The notes beneath the pieces were generated by a model. The model saw only the letters and a list, made by a program, of their open reading frames with translations. It did not search any database and was not told where the DNA came from. This document shows positions 1-13,999 of a stretch of DNA of 64,000 bases, piece after piece (positions within the stretch are counted from its first letter, which is position 1; every line of letters begins with the position of its first letter). A program made the translations under genes and the position numbers. The DNA comes from Octopus sinensis (taxonomy: Eukaryota), in contig NC_043005.1 of assembly GCF_006345805.1 (NCBI RefSeq), positions 32,116,001 through 32,180,000 of the forward strand. The letters are read 5' to 3'.

Positions 1-320
1 ACCAGTGCTGGTGGCACAAAAGAGAACCATCCGAACGTGGCCATTGCCAGCACCACCCCGACTGGCTTCCGTGCCGGTGGCACGTAAAAAGCACCATCCA
101 ATCGTGGCCGTTTGCCAGCCTCGTCTGGCACCTGTACCAGTGGCACGTAAAAAGCACCCACTACACTCATGGAGTGGTTGGCGTTAGGAAGGGCATCTAG
201 CCATAGAAACATTGCTAGATCAGACTGGGCCTGGTGCAGCCTTCTGGCTTCCTAGACCCCAACTGCACCGTCCAACCCATGCCAGCATGGAAAGCAGACA
301 CTAAACAATGATGATGATGA
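1..320 (+). mobile_element. 3' end of RTE-family retroposon (structured repeat units, (TGA)n tail)
   Basis: Shares the GGTGGCACGTAAAAAGCACC units, the GTTAGGAAGGGCATC motif and the CCAACCCATGCCAGCATGGAAA..TGATGA tail with 43458-45023. Confidence 0.85.
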
Positions 321-349
321 TATATATATGTGTGTGTGTACATATATGT

Positions 350-590
350 GTATATGGTATGCTGTGAAGACGTGGGTATTCACCTCACAATTGTAAGGTC
401 GTGTGTTCGATTCCTGATGACGCATCATGTCCTTAAGCAAGATACTTTATTTCATGTTACTCTAGCATACTCAGCTGGCAAAAATGAGTAGTACCTGTAC
501 TTCAAAGGGCCAGCCTGGTCACATCCTGGGTCATGCTGAATCATTCTGAGAACTATGTTTGTGGATGGGCATCTGTATGTGTATTTGTAT
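350..590 (+). mobile_element. tRNA-derived SINE (CORE-like), decayed
   Basis: B-box-like GTTCGATTCC followed by GTCCTTAAGCAAGATACTT. Confidence 0.6.
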
Positions 591-882
591 GGGCACACAT
601 GCAGATACCAGTTTGAGTATATGTATTTTCCTGGGTATCTATCTGGGTGTGTACATATATATGTGTGTGTGTGTGTGTGCATATATGTATGTGTGTTGTT
701 GCACATATATCTATGAATGCAGGTACAGACAACTTGCAAGACAAAAGCCCCCTCAGCTGGGAGGAGGGAGTAATAGTCAGGGGGTGGCTTTGAGCCAGTT
801 GATGAGAGATTAAAGATATAGAGGAAAAGGGATAGGTGTCTTACCGTAGAATACACGTGCACATATACCTGAATTTAAGTAT

Positions 883-913
<31 letters not shown>

Positions 914-1419
914 CACACACACATATATTTACTTGAGGCACAAGCATTCTCAAGCTGGACAGAAAATCCTTAAGTAATAATTTTATTTCATTTCTTTTTC
1001 TTGGAAAATTTAGACTTTCTTTAAGGAACTATTCCTTCATTTCTTCTAACCTTATTAACAATATGCTATTCTGTACATTACCAAAAACGTTTTGTTTTAA
1101 TCCTCCTACATACACCGATATATGATATTTATCCATTACCATCAAATCTCTTAACCCCTGTGCCTATTCTGTACTTTCTTATCCCATCTATTTCACCCTG
1201 CCACCTATAGGAAAGTGCCCAATTTGTGCATATTGAGTATCTTCCTTCCCTCTATCTCCACTAACTACTAACCCTCCTGCTTATTGAACGAGGTATGATG
1301 CTTGAGTGTGAATAGACTGAACTCTGGCAACCTTTTATTCATCCTCCCTCACCATACTTTCTTGGGTTATGTTACTTTGAGGATATACCCTGACCTATCA
1401 TCATCATCTTACCTATCTC

Positions 1420-1900
1420 TGCATCACTCTAGAGATTACTATATTTCTGTCCTTCCGGTTCCAGATATAGCTTGCTAGAGTTTTGCTTTTCCTTTTGTCT
1501 AAGAATTTAAAAAATGATTGGTGGTTGGTGTAATTCTTTTTGAATCATACTCAAACAATTCAATAGATTTTTTCCCTTTAGTGTCCTTATTTTGTGGAAC
1601 AAAGGTGATCACAGCTTTGTAGATGCATGTCTAATCAAGGGGGCATCTTGGTTGAATAATATAAAATGCTGTCTTTCATATTAGGGCCACAGCTGCAGAA
1701 AACTTACATGGAACATTTATTGAAGACAGCTACAATATCTATGGATATCAAGGAAATGCTTATCTATCAGAGCTAGAAATATTTTACCTCCATCAGACCT
1801 AACATTCAAAGAGAAAGAGGGACTTGGCTTCTATTTGGGATGGAGAGGATAATTTCATCTCTTTAAAGCAACTGTTGGCCAAGGCACTATTACTGTAGCA
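1420..1900 (-). mobile_element. Penelope-like element remnant (GIY-YIG region)
   Basis: Reverse strand reads CPL...FKKNYTNHQSFF...KTLASYIWNRKD with stops, resembling a PLE endonuclease C-terminus. Confidence 0.5.
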
Positions 1901-2889
1901 GCTGCTTTATGGAAAAGTATATACTCATATACATACATGGTTTTGTGGTTTACTATGAGCAAATATCTTTTACAATAACCAAAGCCAACCAACCAATAAC
2001 TTTTCAATGAAAGAATTAGTAGGTAGAAGCTGAAAAGATGCCAGTTTTGCACATCTTTCTCTCACTAACCCACCATCACCTACCTAACTGCAGTATTTTT
2101 CAGCTGTAATTAAATGAAAATAAAACTACTTATTTCCTGTGATACCAGTTGTCTTTCTCACTACTCTGAACTACTTTCATTTGATATCCACCTTTTATTA
2201 TTTTTACATTGTCCTTCTCTGTTCAGTTTATTTTAAACACCTTTTTGTGTTATTAAATTAATCTCCTTCAAGACATCTCTCATTCTCAATATACTACATA
2301 TCTCTACCCTCACACTTTTGCAACTTACCAACCCATATACCAACTCCATTTCTCTCATCCAACCCATGCCAGCATGGAAAACGGACGTTAAACGATGATG
2401 ATGATGATGACTGCTGTTCTTCACCCCTCCTTGTACTATCAATCACCTACTCTCCCTACCTTTCTTCCAACTCATGCATCATTGATCAACCTCTCCATCC
2501 TTGATTCCCATTCACTACATTCACCTCTCAACTGCACTCAGTCTCTAGTCATCATCTACTCTTCCCTTCAACTGATATTTGTCATCAACCAATTTTCTTC
2601 ATTCATTATATTTGCCTCTTCACTCCTACCCCATCACTAACCATCTCTTACTCTCTTCATACACTCTTGCAATCTCTACCTACTCACACTTCCTGTTCTT
2701 CTGTCCCTATTCACTTCTAACTCCACCCTGATTACTCCCATCCACTTGTCTATAATCAAGTAACCATATAGCTCCTCTACAACATGAAATCTATTGCAGC
2801 TCCTTTCATATTTTAACCGCTTGTCTTTTAGCATAAAGCCTCATCCTGCACTACTGTTGCCATACTCAGTTGAAAGGGATTTTTGTTTT

Positions 2890-3105
2890 GAGTCCTGCAG
2901 GACAACATCACATGTGCTGGTGCCATGAAAGAGCTACCCAGTAAACTTTGTAAAGTGGCAGATATCAGGAAGCGAATCCAGCCAGAAAAACCATGTCAGA
3001 GAAGACAGTGGAGCATGATACAGCCTCAAACCCACTGGATTCTGTCAAAGTATCCAACCCATGTCATTATGGAACACTGATGTTAAAAGATGGTGCTGAT
3101 GATGA
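2890..3105 (+). mobile_element. RTE-tail retroposon fragment (similar fragments at about 2350-2410, 5160-5345, 23800-23900, 33170-33220)
   Basis: GCTGGTGCCATGAAA...CCAACCCATG...TGATGAT tail. Confidence 0.65.
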
Positions 3106-4199
3106 TATATATGTGTGTGAGTGTGTTTGTATTTTCCCTCACCTTCATGTGTTCAGTGATTGTTAACAAAGACCTCACTCTGCATACAGATGGTGTCCTT
3201 TGATTGTAGTCCACTGGAAAAGCATGAGAGATGAAAATAGAAAATGGATTGAACGACATTATTTAAAATCACTACAATTTTTTCCACACATCATTACGCC
3301 CTAAGTATATTGATGAGTAATTATATCATCTCTCACCAATGTTGTTTAATCCATTTTCTATCATTTTTCTATTTATATAAACTCTAAAAATACTATGGAA
3401 TTCCAGATGTATATCTAACATCAAGAGTACTTCCACTGTATAATGACAGCTGGTAGTCAATAACTGTAAACAAACTTTGCATAACATACAACAAGGTTGT
3501 ATACAATACAAATCTTACCTAAATCTTATTTAACTATATATATACATACATACATATACACACACACACACATATAGGCATATAATGTATGACAGATATA
3601 TAGAAATACATATAATATATATATAGCACAAATGAAATTTTTCCTTCATGTCTGCATTTTACAAAATATGTTTTAGTGGGATTGAAGGATAAACCATCAG
3701 ACATAATAAATTCCAGTGTTGGTTTCTGTAATTTTTGAAAGTCATAAGACACCTTGTTATATTTACAAGTGAAGTTAATCATTTCCTGTGTTTCTTTCTC
3801 TGTCTTTTTCTAAACGAGCATGCTCATTGCATAGAACACAGTCACTAAACCATCTTGTTGTTTTTACAAGCTTAATAAATGGTGAAATAAATTAATATTG
3901 AGTAGCTGTATTCCACAAGGCTTTTTGTTTAGTCTTTGTGACTCAAGTTTCATGCCATTCCAATTTTCAAGAATGAAATTTGAGTAACAAGCTAAAAGTT
4001 CAGTTTCAGTAAACCATATGTGTGAAAACTATGCTCTCTCATTTGTTCAACACAATTGAACATTCATATATATATATATATATATATCCACCATGATCTT
4101 ATGACATATTTTATCTCTTTTTCTAACTCCACGCATGCACACACTCTTTTACCTGTTTCACTTTTTGAACTGCAGTCATGTATATCCAGAAAATAGCCT

Positions 4200-4560
4200 T
4201 GCTTGGTATGCAGAATAGGAGTAGATACAAATTTCATACAATGTTATCTCAATACTAATTATGGGTACACAAGAGAAGCACAGTTGAATTATAAGCAGGT
4301 TGATACAGAAAGTGGATTTTATATATGGCAGGTGCACAGAAACCATAAATACCAAGAGCCCAGGAGTACCCTTAGAGGTAGCTGATGGTTTCTGTTACCT
4401 GCGAGACCAAATAGTGGAGGAAGATGTTCTGAAAGTATAGTAGCAAGAGGTAAGAGTAAGAATACACTGGAGAAAGTTCAGGGTAACAAAGTTTGTCTGT
4501 AGGAACAAAGTTTTGCCTGCTGAAGAAGACCTGTTCAGCTCTGCTTACAAGATAGAACCA
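4200..4560 (+). mobile_element. Decayed RTE LINE ORF fragment
   Basis: GVDTNFIQC and CSESIVAR segments parallel the RTE copy at 47570-48270. Confidence 0.55.
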
Positions 4561-6759
4561 AGGTTCTGGAAGAATAATGCATAGGTATATAATTAGGTCT
4601 CTTGCCCAATATATCTCCAAGTCTAAACCTATTGCACCTCTTCATCTTATTCTCATACCTACTGCATTACCCTGCTTCTGTAATTTATAAAATTTAAATC
4701 CTTATCACCTTTTTGATACTGACAATCATCATTTCTCCTCCTATCAGCCACTTCTAGTTGATATCCATCCCTCATTCTTATCATCCTCATCCCCACTCAT
4801 ATTTACCATCAACTACCCCCATCCTTGTTGACCAGGCCCTTTAGCATTCACTTCTCTATATGTATCTTTGATCACACCTACCCATGGTTCTGTTCTTCTT
4901 TTATGCACCCTACCACACCCTTTTCCTACACTCCCTGTTCACCTTCTTTGGACACCTTAAGTTGGGAGATTGGTCTGGTACCTTGTCACCAACATATCTC
5001 TTTCTGGCCCCACTCCATTCACCCCACCCATCCATATATAATTCAGTGGGGTAGCAATGAATTTCTTCTGCAACAATAAACCTGTTCCTTTGCCTCTCAT
5101 TGTACTTCTCAATACCTTACATAAAGCATACACTTTTCTCTCTCTTATCCTTTGTCTGTCGACCTCACTAGTGCTGGTTCCATGAAGAAAGCACAGTACA
5201 TTCTGTAAAGTGGTTGATGCTAGGTTGGGCATCCAGCCACAGAAAAATATGTCAGAACTGAAATGCTAGAACAAGATGTGGTTCTGCAACTCTTCAGCTC
5301 ATTGATACGATCTATGCCATCATGAAAAGCAGACATATAATGATTATATATGTGAATGTATGTACGTGAATGCGCATGCACACACACACAGAAGAATATC
5401 TTCTCTCGGAGCATCAGAATCTGATAAATTGGTAGTATTGACACAGGAATTATGTCAATACTATCATTATGCCCCCATTATGGCCTGAAAGCCAGAAGTT
5501 AGAGGTGGAGTAGAAGTGTGGACATAGATTAATACACTATTGATATAAAATGTTTTGTTAATTAATCTCACTAGTGAAATTAATCAAGTGTCCCAATGAC
5601 ACTTGGATCATAATAAATTATTTACATTCCCACCACCATTATCATCATCATTAGTATTATTATAGTTGCTGTTGTAACTTGGAAAATTAAGAAGAAAAAG
5701 TGGGATGAAAATATGAACAGGTCAGAAGTCAAAACCTCTTCAACACAAGAATGGTAAAATATGAATTTGGTGGGAAGAAGTAAGTGTGTGTGTGTATAGG
5801 TGTCAGTTTGTAGGCAGTTTCAGTTCTATAGTGCACTGTGTGCAAATGTCCATGAGGTTTCACTGATATTGGTTTGGTGAAGCAAGATGTAGATATGTAT
5901 AGTACAGAAGTATAGTTCGTTGTTATAAGCAATGTATAGACCTGTATAACTGATTACTATCATCATAGCCTGTAATGAGTGAGGTGGGAAACTAAATCTG
6001 AGTAGAAATTTATTCAGGGGAGGCAATCAGTTATGTAATTGATCTGATCAAAATATATTATGAGAAAACAAAGACATTTGTACTCTAACAACCTATGTGT
6101 GGGTGTGGAGTGACTATCTATGTACATATACCTGTATGTATGCATGCACACCTACCCATCTTTATATATAATATATATATATGATGATGATGATATATAT
6201 ATATTGATGATGATGATTGACTGCATTGCTCCTTCCACATCCATACAACCAACTCTTGTTCAAATTGAAAAAGTCACCTTATTTTTCTTTCTGTTCATCA
6301 TTTTCCTTATCCCTTATCCCTTTTCCCCTTCTTTTAATTATTAAAGCAAAGCAACTGGTCTCATAAAAATAAAATAAAATAAACAACATTACAAAACAAC
6401 TTATAAACTGACTTGAAAAGAACAAAATTCATTTATCATAAGGTTGTAATTGCTACACACACACGCACACATGCATGCACACACACACACACAATTATTT
6501 TTTTAGGCAAAAGAAAGAAAATCATTTGTGAAATAATAAAAAACAAAAACAAACATTTTGCTGTTGAAGCAATTTCAGTTGTGATAAAAAAAAAAAAAAG
6601 TTACAAAACATAAGCTAAGACATATTTGGGGGAATTCAGGCTACAAAAAAGAGGAGGGGAAGATTCAGAAAATTTTAAAATATTTTTTTAAAAAGAAAAC
6701 AATTGTCCTGTTTTTCTTATTTTCATTTATGATAATTACAAACAACACTACAAGCACTA

Positions 6760-7250
6760 ATAATAATAATAATAATAATCCTTTCTACTATAGGCACAAG
6801 GCCTGAAATTTTTGGGGAGGTGGGGCAGTTAATTTGATGGACCCCAGTGTGCAACTGATACTTAATTCATCAACTCCAAAAGGATGAAAGGCAAAGTTGA
6901 ACTCGGTGGGATTTTAACTTAGAACGTAAAGACAGATAAAATGCCACTAAACATTTTGCCTGGCAGGCTAACGATTCTGCCAGCTTACCACCTTAATAAA
7001 AATAATAATGATAATAATAATCTTTTCTACTATAGGTACAAGGCCTGAAATTGGGGGATGGGAACAGTCGATTATATCAACCCCAGTACTTGATTGGTAG
7101 TTCATTGATTCTAAAAGGATGAAAGGCAAAGTCAGCCTAGGTGGAATTTGAACTCAGAATGTAAGGATGAACAAAATGCCACTAAGCATTTTGCCCGGCA
7201 TGCTAGTGGTTCTGCCAACTCGCCACCTTAATAATAATAATAATAATAAA
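6760..7250 (-). mobile_element. Two tandem tRNA-derived SINEs with (ATT)n tails (family B)
   Basis: Two ~230-bp copies. Minus strand has an A-box-like TGGCAGAA, a B-box-like GAGTTCAAATTCC, central CTTTGCCTTTCATCCTTT and an AGAAAGGATTATT-type tail. Confidence 0.85.
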
Positions 7251-8044
7251 ACCAAACACACAACTAAAGTTTGTTTAAATGACATAAAAATTGATGACAT
7301 GTTTTATATCAGTATTTGTGTATGTGTGAAACAGAGTAGTGTAAATTTATACATACATACATACATATAAGAATAGGGACTGCAAGAATCAAACAGAGCT
7401 CACAGTAAGCTCCCTGCCTGGAGCATGGCTAACGAGGAAAACTGTGGTTAAGGCTGGGATGTAACCTCATGATTGTTCTGAAAACCCATGAATCAACAAT
7501 ATCATATAAAACTGACCAGATAAGAGAACTGAAGTAAGAGAATAAATGTTTATTCCATTTGTTGACACCTGTTTTGTAATCTATAAAACAGCTGCCAACT
7601 AATGAAATAAACATCTATTCTCTGACTTCACTTCTTTTATCTGGTCAATTTAGACACACATATACATGTATGTTTATCTGTATATGTATGTGCACTGTAA
7701 GATGGCGAATTTAGAGCTTTAGGCAAAGAATCATTATCCAGTCTACTTACAATAAAGTGGCAGGGTTACTACTGTACTTGGCAGTATTATCACACTTTTT
7801 CTCACACACACACATACACACAATCTATTTCATACACATATACGATTTGCATACACATACATTTTCAGTTGAATATTTCTTTTTAGTACAACAATGCCAG
7901 AAATACCTTCTTGGGATAATTCCAAAGAGACCAGAGTCCATTCTGAAAGTTCCCTGCTCTTGACCCAAGAGAAATCTCCACAGATGGTGAGTAAAGTACA
8001 GCAGAACAACAAGCATGAACTTCATGGGATGAGAATTAGTTAAA

Positions 8045-8282
8045 TGATAATAATAATAATAATAATAATGGCTTCAAATTTTTAGCACTAGGTCAGCAAT
8101 GTCAAGAGATGGGGAACAGTCAATTACATAAACCCCCAGTGATCAACTAGTAATTATTTTATTAACTCTGAAAAGATGAAAAGCAAAGTTGACCTTTGTG
8201 TGTTTTGAACTCAGAGCTGGAAGAAATGCAGTTAAGCATTTTGTCCAGTGTATTATTGAATCTGCCAGCTTTCCACCTTAGT
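8045..8282 (-). mobile_element. SINE family B copy
   Basis: AAAGATGAAAAGCAAAGTTGACC core, flanked by (TAA)n. Confidence 0.75.
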
Positions 8283-9967
8283 AGTTATAGTAGTAGTAGT
8301 AGTAGTAGCAGCAGCAGTAGTTGTAGTAGTATACACATCAAGTAGCAAACATACCAATAGAAACACCAAAATCATAACATTGATAACCACACAAATAGAT
8401 CCCCACTACATGGATACATTTAGACACACCTGTTAGCATGCATACACTCACAGAGGCACAACACACATCAACAAATATACACGCCTGTTAGTACACACAC
8501 ACACATTGTAAAAATGCTCAAAAAATATCAAACACCCAATGGAAACAAAGAATTAAAGTGACACATAAAGAATTTAACTACTTCATTTACAGGTTTTTAG
8601 TCAGCAGGTTTCAAAACTGGTTCCTGAAGCCAGTTGCTTTGTTTTAGTGTTTTTTACCCTATTTTTTTCCTTTTTTTTCCCCATTTTCATTAGGGTCCAC
8701 AGAGAATTTAAGAGTTCAATTAAATTTAGAACTTTCAGATGAGTTCAGGTTTTTTTTTGTTTAAGAATGGTTTGTAAAAATTTGGTTAACAAAATAGAAA
8801 AGAAAATGGATATAGGAGAAATAAAAATTAAAATAAAAAAATAAAATATTTAAATAAAGTCAAAATAAAGAGAAGAAAAAATAGCTGTGTTTCTTGTATT
8901 TATACATATCTATTGAAATGAGAAAATGCAACTTACATATTTCTCTTCAGACAAACTTACAAAGCATGAATTTTGATGGTCTAATATGACTCATGTGTAA
9001 TATATGTGTATATGTGTGTGGTGTGTATATAGTTAATTAAAATAGGTGTGTATGTATAACTAGTTAAAATGTGTGTGTGTGTGTGTGCATGGCTGTAAGC
9101 AAGTATATGTGTGAGAACTGAGATGTCCATACAATAGTGATAAATGAATGAATAATAATGTCAGCTCATGTTTACTGTTTGGTGTGAAATGGTAAACATG
9201 TTCACATGAGCTGCCATTCATTTATTCATTCATTTTTTCAGCTTGCACTGAATTTTACTGAATCAGTGAAGATTACAACATGAAGCTGTATGAAACCCAT
9301 GGTAAGTGGTTGACAGCATAGTTCCTACATTTAAACAGAGATATGCATGCACACACACACATGCACACGCAACTAAGCACAGATTTTGAAATGTTGATAT
9401 GTGATGATCCAAGAGTAGCCTGACGAGTTAAAAGACAGACTGACCAAACTGATGTGGGAGGTGGAAAAAGGAAGGGGTTCAAGAGGCACAACCCTATTGT
9501 GTAAGACAGGGGATTGTTTTATTACTGCTGCTTTTTACAGTGGTGATTAAAGTGGTGGGAAGGAGAATGGGGAGGGTAGGAAATGTGTACAACAATAAAA
9601 AAAAAAACAATTATTGGAAACCAATGCTTCCTTAAAGGTTTCCTTTATTCCAATTTTAGATTGGAGGAAACTGTAATGAAGGGGTCTTTGTGAATCATTT
9701 TGCATTCTTTCTTTTCTCTGTCTTGTCTTTTTTCTAGTTTCCTTCTTTCTTTCTTACTTTGTTTTCTCTTTTTGCTGTTACAATTCACATTTTCTTTTAT
9801 GAAAGAGAAAGAATGAAATCTCTCTTCCTTCAGTTTAAAAAAAAATGAATAATATAAACACACTTTCATTTGAGAAAGACAGAAAATGTTCCTTAGACCA
9901 CAGCAGTGTTTAGGGATTATTCCCTGCAGTAGGGCACACAATAAGCAGTATAAGTTAGGGTTCTTAT

Positions 9968-9997
9968 TCACATCCGAGATCCTTTCTGTTGTAACAC
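9968..9997 (-). CDS. KCTD5: KCTD5-like terminal coding exon
   Basis: VLQQKGSRM-TGA resembles the KCTD5 C-terminus ILQERGSRM. Preceded by a polypyrimidine tract and CAG. Confidence 0.93.
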   Translation of the reverse strand: MLQQKGSRM

Positions 9998-12129
9998 CTG
10001 AAAAAGAAAATTAATGAATATTAAATAATGAATATTAAAATATCTTTTTTTTTAATATTCTTTTGGCCATATCAATTTCCAATTCTCATAAAACTGTTTT
10101 GACACTCAAACAGTTCCAGAATCTTATTCCATCCACTCTACAGTATTAGTATTAAGTAATGTTAATTTAGCAACAAGTTGGTAAAGAATTATTCTATTAC
10201 TTTCTGTTAAGTTCAGGTTTGAAAGAGATCAAAGATATTCCTTCTATAATATTGGTTGTAAAATTCTTCCTAAATTCAAAAATGCTTAAACTCAAGGCAA
10301 TATTTATAGCCTGCTTATTTCATAAAGTGAGAACTCTTTAATTTTATGTTTAAAAAATTTATTTCAGGTTTTAATTTGTGAATTTGTGATGTTCCATGTA
10401 ACAAAATTATAGAAAATTAATGTTTTGTTGTAAGGGTGGTGACAATAATTTGAGGAGTGACACCAAATCATTACCACAAACATTGTTATTATGCTCCTTG
10501 TATCCATTACCCTAGTTCTCAGAAACTGACTAAAATTAGTTATTAGGAATGCTATCCAAATAAGATACAAAACTCATTCATAAGATGAAATTTAAAGAAG
10601 GATCTAATGCTTGCCAAAATGAAATGAAAATGATTTTAAAATTCATCTTTCAATGTATTCTACATGAAAGAACTTTTAACACTGTAACTGATAGTTTTGT
10701 AATGGTTAGTAGAACACTTTCTGCAGACAAGAGACCATACAGTATTTGGTAGAACATTGCACACAATAGACCATGTTATTTCATTTTTGTATCTGATTTG
10801 CAAGATTCTTTATGTGAATTTGTGTGTTGAAACAAACTTTGTTTTGTCTAGGGAGAGTCATTATGCCAATATATTTAACACACACACTGGTACAATTTCC
10901 CTTCTTTAATATTAGTCAATTGGTTAAATGTCCAACTAATTAATCAATTGTTTAATCTGTTTTGTTTGTCAAAGCTCTTCCATTGCTACTTGCAACCTTT
11001 TCAATGACTTTTGACTTAGTCCATTATAGAGGCAGTGTATGTCTACTTGAGATCTTGTCACGTGCATGTATGTGCCAATGTGCACATGTGATTGTGTGTG
11101 TGTGTGTGTACCTCTGCTTCCTTGTGCATGCATGACTGAGTGTGTCTATACGTAGGAGTTTCTGTGAGTATGCACGTACGCCTGTTGTGTATATATGTGT
11201 GTATGCATGTATGTGTATATATATATATGGTCATATTCTTACATTTGCCCCTTATTCATTGCTTGTCCTTCTGCCACAGTCCCTACCACAACAATCTTCC
11301 CACAAATGACAATTCTGTACTGACACTATTTCTTCTTTGTGTCTGTACTAGCAACAACTGCAGACTTTCTTCTAAAGAAATTACCTGACTTTTTTAAAAT
11401 GGTTTCTTTTCTCAATTTCCTTTTATTATTCATGATGATAATGATGATTTTACTCTATTTTAGATTAGGAAGCTGTTTGTCTTATACTTTTGGTTAGATC
11501 TCTACTGTATACAATAGACTATGAGATAGTATGGTTATACTTTGTTACCATGTCACAATACTTCATCAGTGAACTCAGGTTAAGAGCTTCAATAACATTT
11601 GTGTTAGAATTCATGAAACAAGAGAACTGGCAGAAATGGTAAAGACCTGTACTAAATGCCACATACAATGCTCAGTTCACTACATCTAGGTATTTTGAGT
11701 TCAAGTTCTACAATGGCTTAACTTACTTTTTACCATTCATCTCACAAAAATCAGCAAATATTCTGAGATCAGTCCCATCAGTTCCTACAATCTAACTTTG
11801 TACCAAGTAAAATGAAGTGAGAATTTTATGTTTTTGTTTCCTATCATTTATGTTGTGTTTATTGATTCTTTTTCATATGGGTGTAGCCATAATTGTGTGG
11901 TTAACCAATGGCCTTTTGTAAACTTGGGGTTTAAAAACCTTGACCAAATGTCTTCTATATTATTAAAAGCAAAATTCTGTCTGTTCCTCTGGGACCCCTG
12001 TATCTCATACCATTTTGGAATCAGGATGATTCCAAGATTGAAAATCTGCCCTTCATTTGGTTCTTGAACATCCAGCACTGAGATCTGATCTAAAAGCATT
12101 TGGGTGGCAATTTCTAGCAGTAAAGCTTG

Positions 12130-12217
12130 GCTGACTCATGCCATCATGCTTGCCTGTCAGATGACGTCAGAGATCAAGCGTCAGATTAATGACATTCGCT
12201 TTGTTACTTTTACGTCA
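12130..12217. promoter_or_regulatory. Candidate intronic bZIP enhancer (AP-1/ARE and CRE sites)
   Basis: GCTGACTCAT 12130-12139, TGACGTCA 12162-12169, half-CREs CGTCA at 12179 and 12213. Confidence 0.4.
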
Positions 12218-13330
12218 AGATAAGAACTTTTGGACAAATTGGCCAACAGTTGGAATTCAACTTGGGACTGGTACAATAGAATGATTGCATTATAGAGATA
12301 ATTCCCATCTGTACTTAACTTCTGATCAAACACCACTGGGGCATATAGTTATTATAGATGTATTATAATTATGCTATTTAGCTCTCTTTAGTTTTGAGCT
12401 GCAGGCCTAATTAGCCCTCCACAGAAGCTAGCTTAAACGTCTGCATAGGGTGCAGCTTTTAAGATAGTCTATAATATTGTGATTGAAATTTAATAAATGG
12501 AAATTGTGTTGTGGTTTGTTAGAGTGATCACTCTGTTCCTGCTACTACATGACCCTTGTGTAACTTTAGTAGAGTGCCCATTGTTGTAAACATACAGGTC
12601 AGGTCTCCTGGTTAAAGATGCCTCCCCTTCCTCCCTTTGAAAAGCCATCATGGGTTTTCTCCTCTTTCAAAGCCATAAAAAAAGAATAAAAATGTAATTA
12701 AAGTTATTTACTGGAGACTGTAGCCATAAAAAGAAATCTGTTCCCATACAAACAGTAAAGGAATTTTTTTTGTTTGAGTGCAGTTTTCTTTATTTTTTCT
12801 CCCATTTTAGTTTATCATGATTTGTTTATCCTGACTATGGTGTTTTGGGGGCATCTTGTCTATAAGGAGAATTTTTCTCTTGAAACAATTTCTGCAGTAA
12901 ATCTTTTTCAAGTGTACATGAACATTTAACTATAATTGTACACACCTATATTTCATTCAACACTCTAATTGACACATAGAAATTTATTTGCTTGTCTAAC
13001 AAGAAATGACAGGGCCAAATAATCCAAAGAGTTCTTTTAATACCATTTACATGACAACTGATAATATCTGATGTGAACAAACTTTTCAACAAAAGTAAAG
13101 TAATGTTTCCAAAAGGTTCTAGAAGGTCTTTGTGAATTATATTCCAATAAGTAAAGTGGAATAACCATGTTTATTTTTTAGGAATTTGACAAGCTACATA
13201 TCTAATCTAGATGCATTCCACAAACACATTCAGTAGAACCTGTGAGAGTTAATATTCTATTGTTTAATTAATAACCAATTTAGAAGGAATTAACTGAAAA
13301 TAATAACTAATAAACAAAAACATTTCTTAC

Positions 13331-13456
13331 CTTTGCTCTATCAGTAGGTTCATTTTCTTGTCCATTGACAATGTTAGGGCATTCTTTGGAAACCACACAT
13401 AGAAATTCTACATGGTCTTCAGTTCCATATGTGTACTGTGAACCAATGTTTATTAA
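13331..13456 (-). CDS. KCTD5: KCTD5-like coding exon
   Basis: LINIGSQYTYGTEDHVEFLCVVSKECPNIVNGQENEPTDRAK. CAG acceptor, GTAAG donor, 126 nt. Confidence 0.96.
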
Positions 13457-13999
13457 CTGAAAATGAAGTAAAATAATTACAGAACCAATAAATATGACAG
13501 AGTATTCTACAATATAACAAGGAGAAATTTCAAAGTTGAAAATTAAAATTTTACTACATCCATGAAACTGCTATTGCTGATGATAATGTAATTGATAAAA
13601 TGGACAAAATAATTATATCATGTAATTATAATAAATACATTTAAGTGTATTGATGCCCAGAGAAATAAGACATTCAAGATTTGGTAAGTGACTGACAGAG
13701 GATATTTGTCTGGTTGCACATCTCTAGATAGCCTCCAATAGAGTGATATTCTGGACAAGATAGGGTTTCCAGACGAGAGATGCAAACTGTAAGTGTGGAC
13801 GTACCATAGCCATAGCATTAAACAGATAGCTCATGAGTGGCTGACAAAGGTATTGCTGAGTGAAGCTAAGGCACCCTCAGCCTTTTTGATGGATTTAAAA
13901 ATATGGTTTTGCTGACAATAATACCTTGCTTGCATCCACTAGCAAGTATCTTCAGGTAGGTGTTGAGAAGGGAGTGGGTAAATTCTGGGTTTTCTAGAA

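Noticed and set aside
3500-9967. Exact 3' end and poly(A) site of the KCTD transcript
   Set aside because: There are many AATAAA/ATTAAA-like hexamers in AT-rich DNA, and none can be chosen without RNA data.
9645-9971. 108-aa ORF overlapping the KCTD stop
   Set aside because: Low-complexity Lys/Arg/Glu translation of purine-rich UTR sequence with no recognisable domain.
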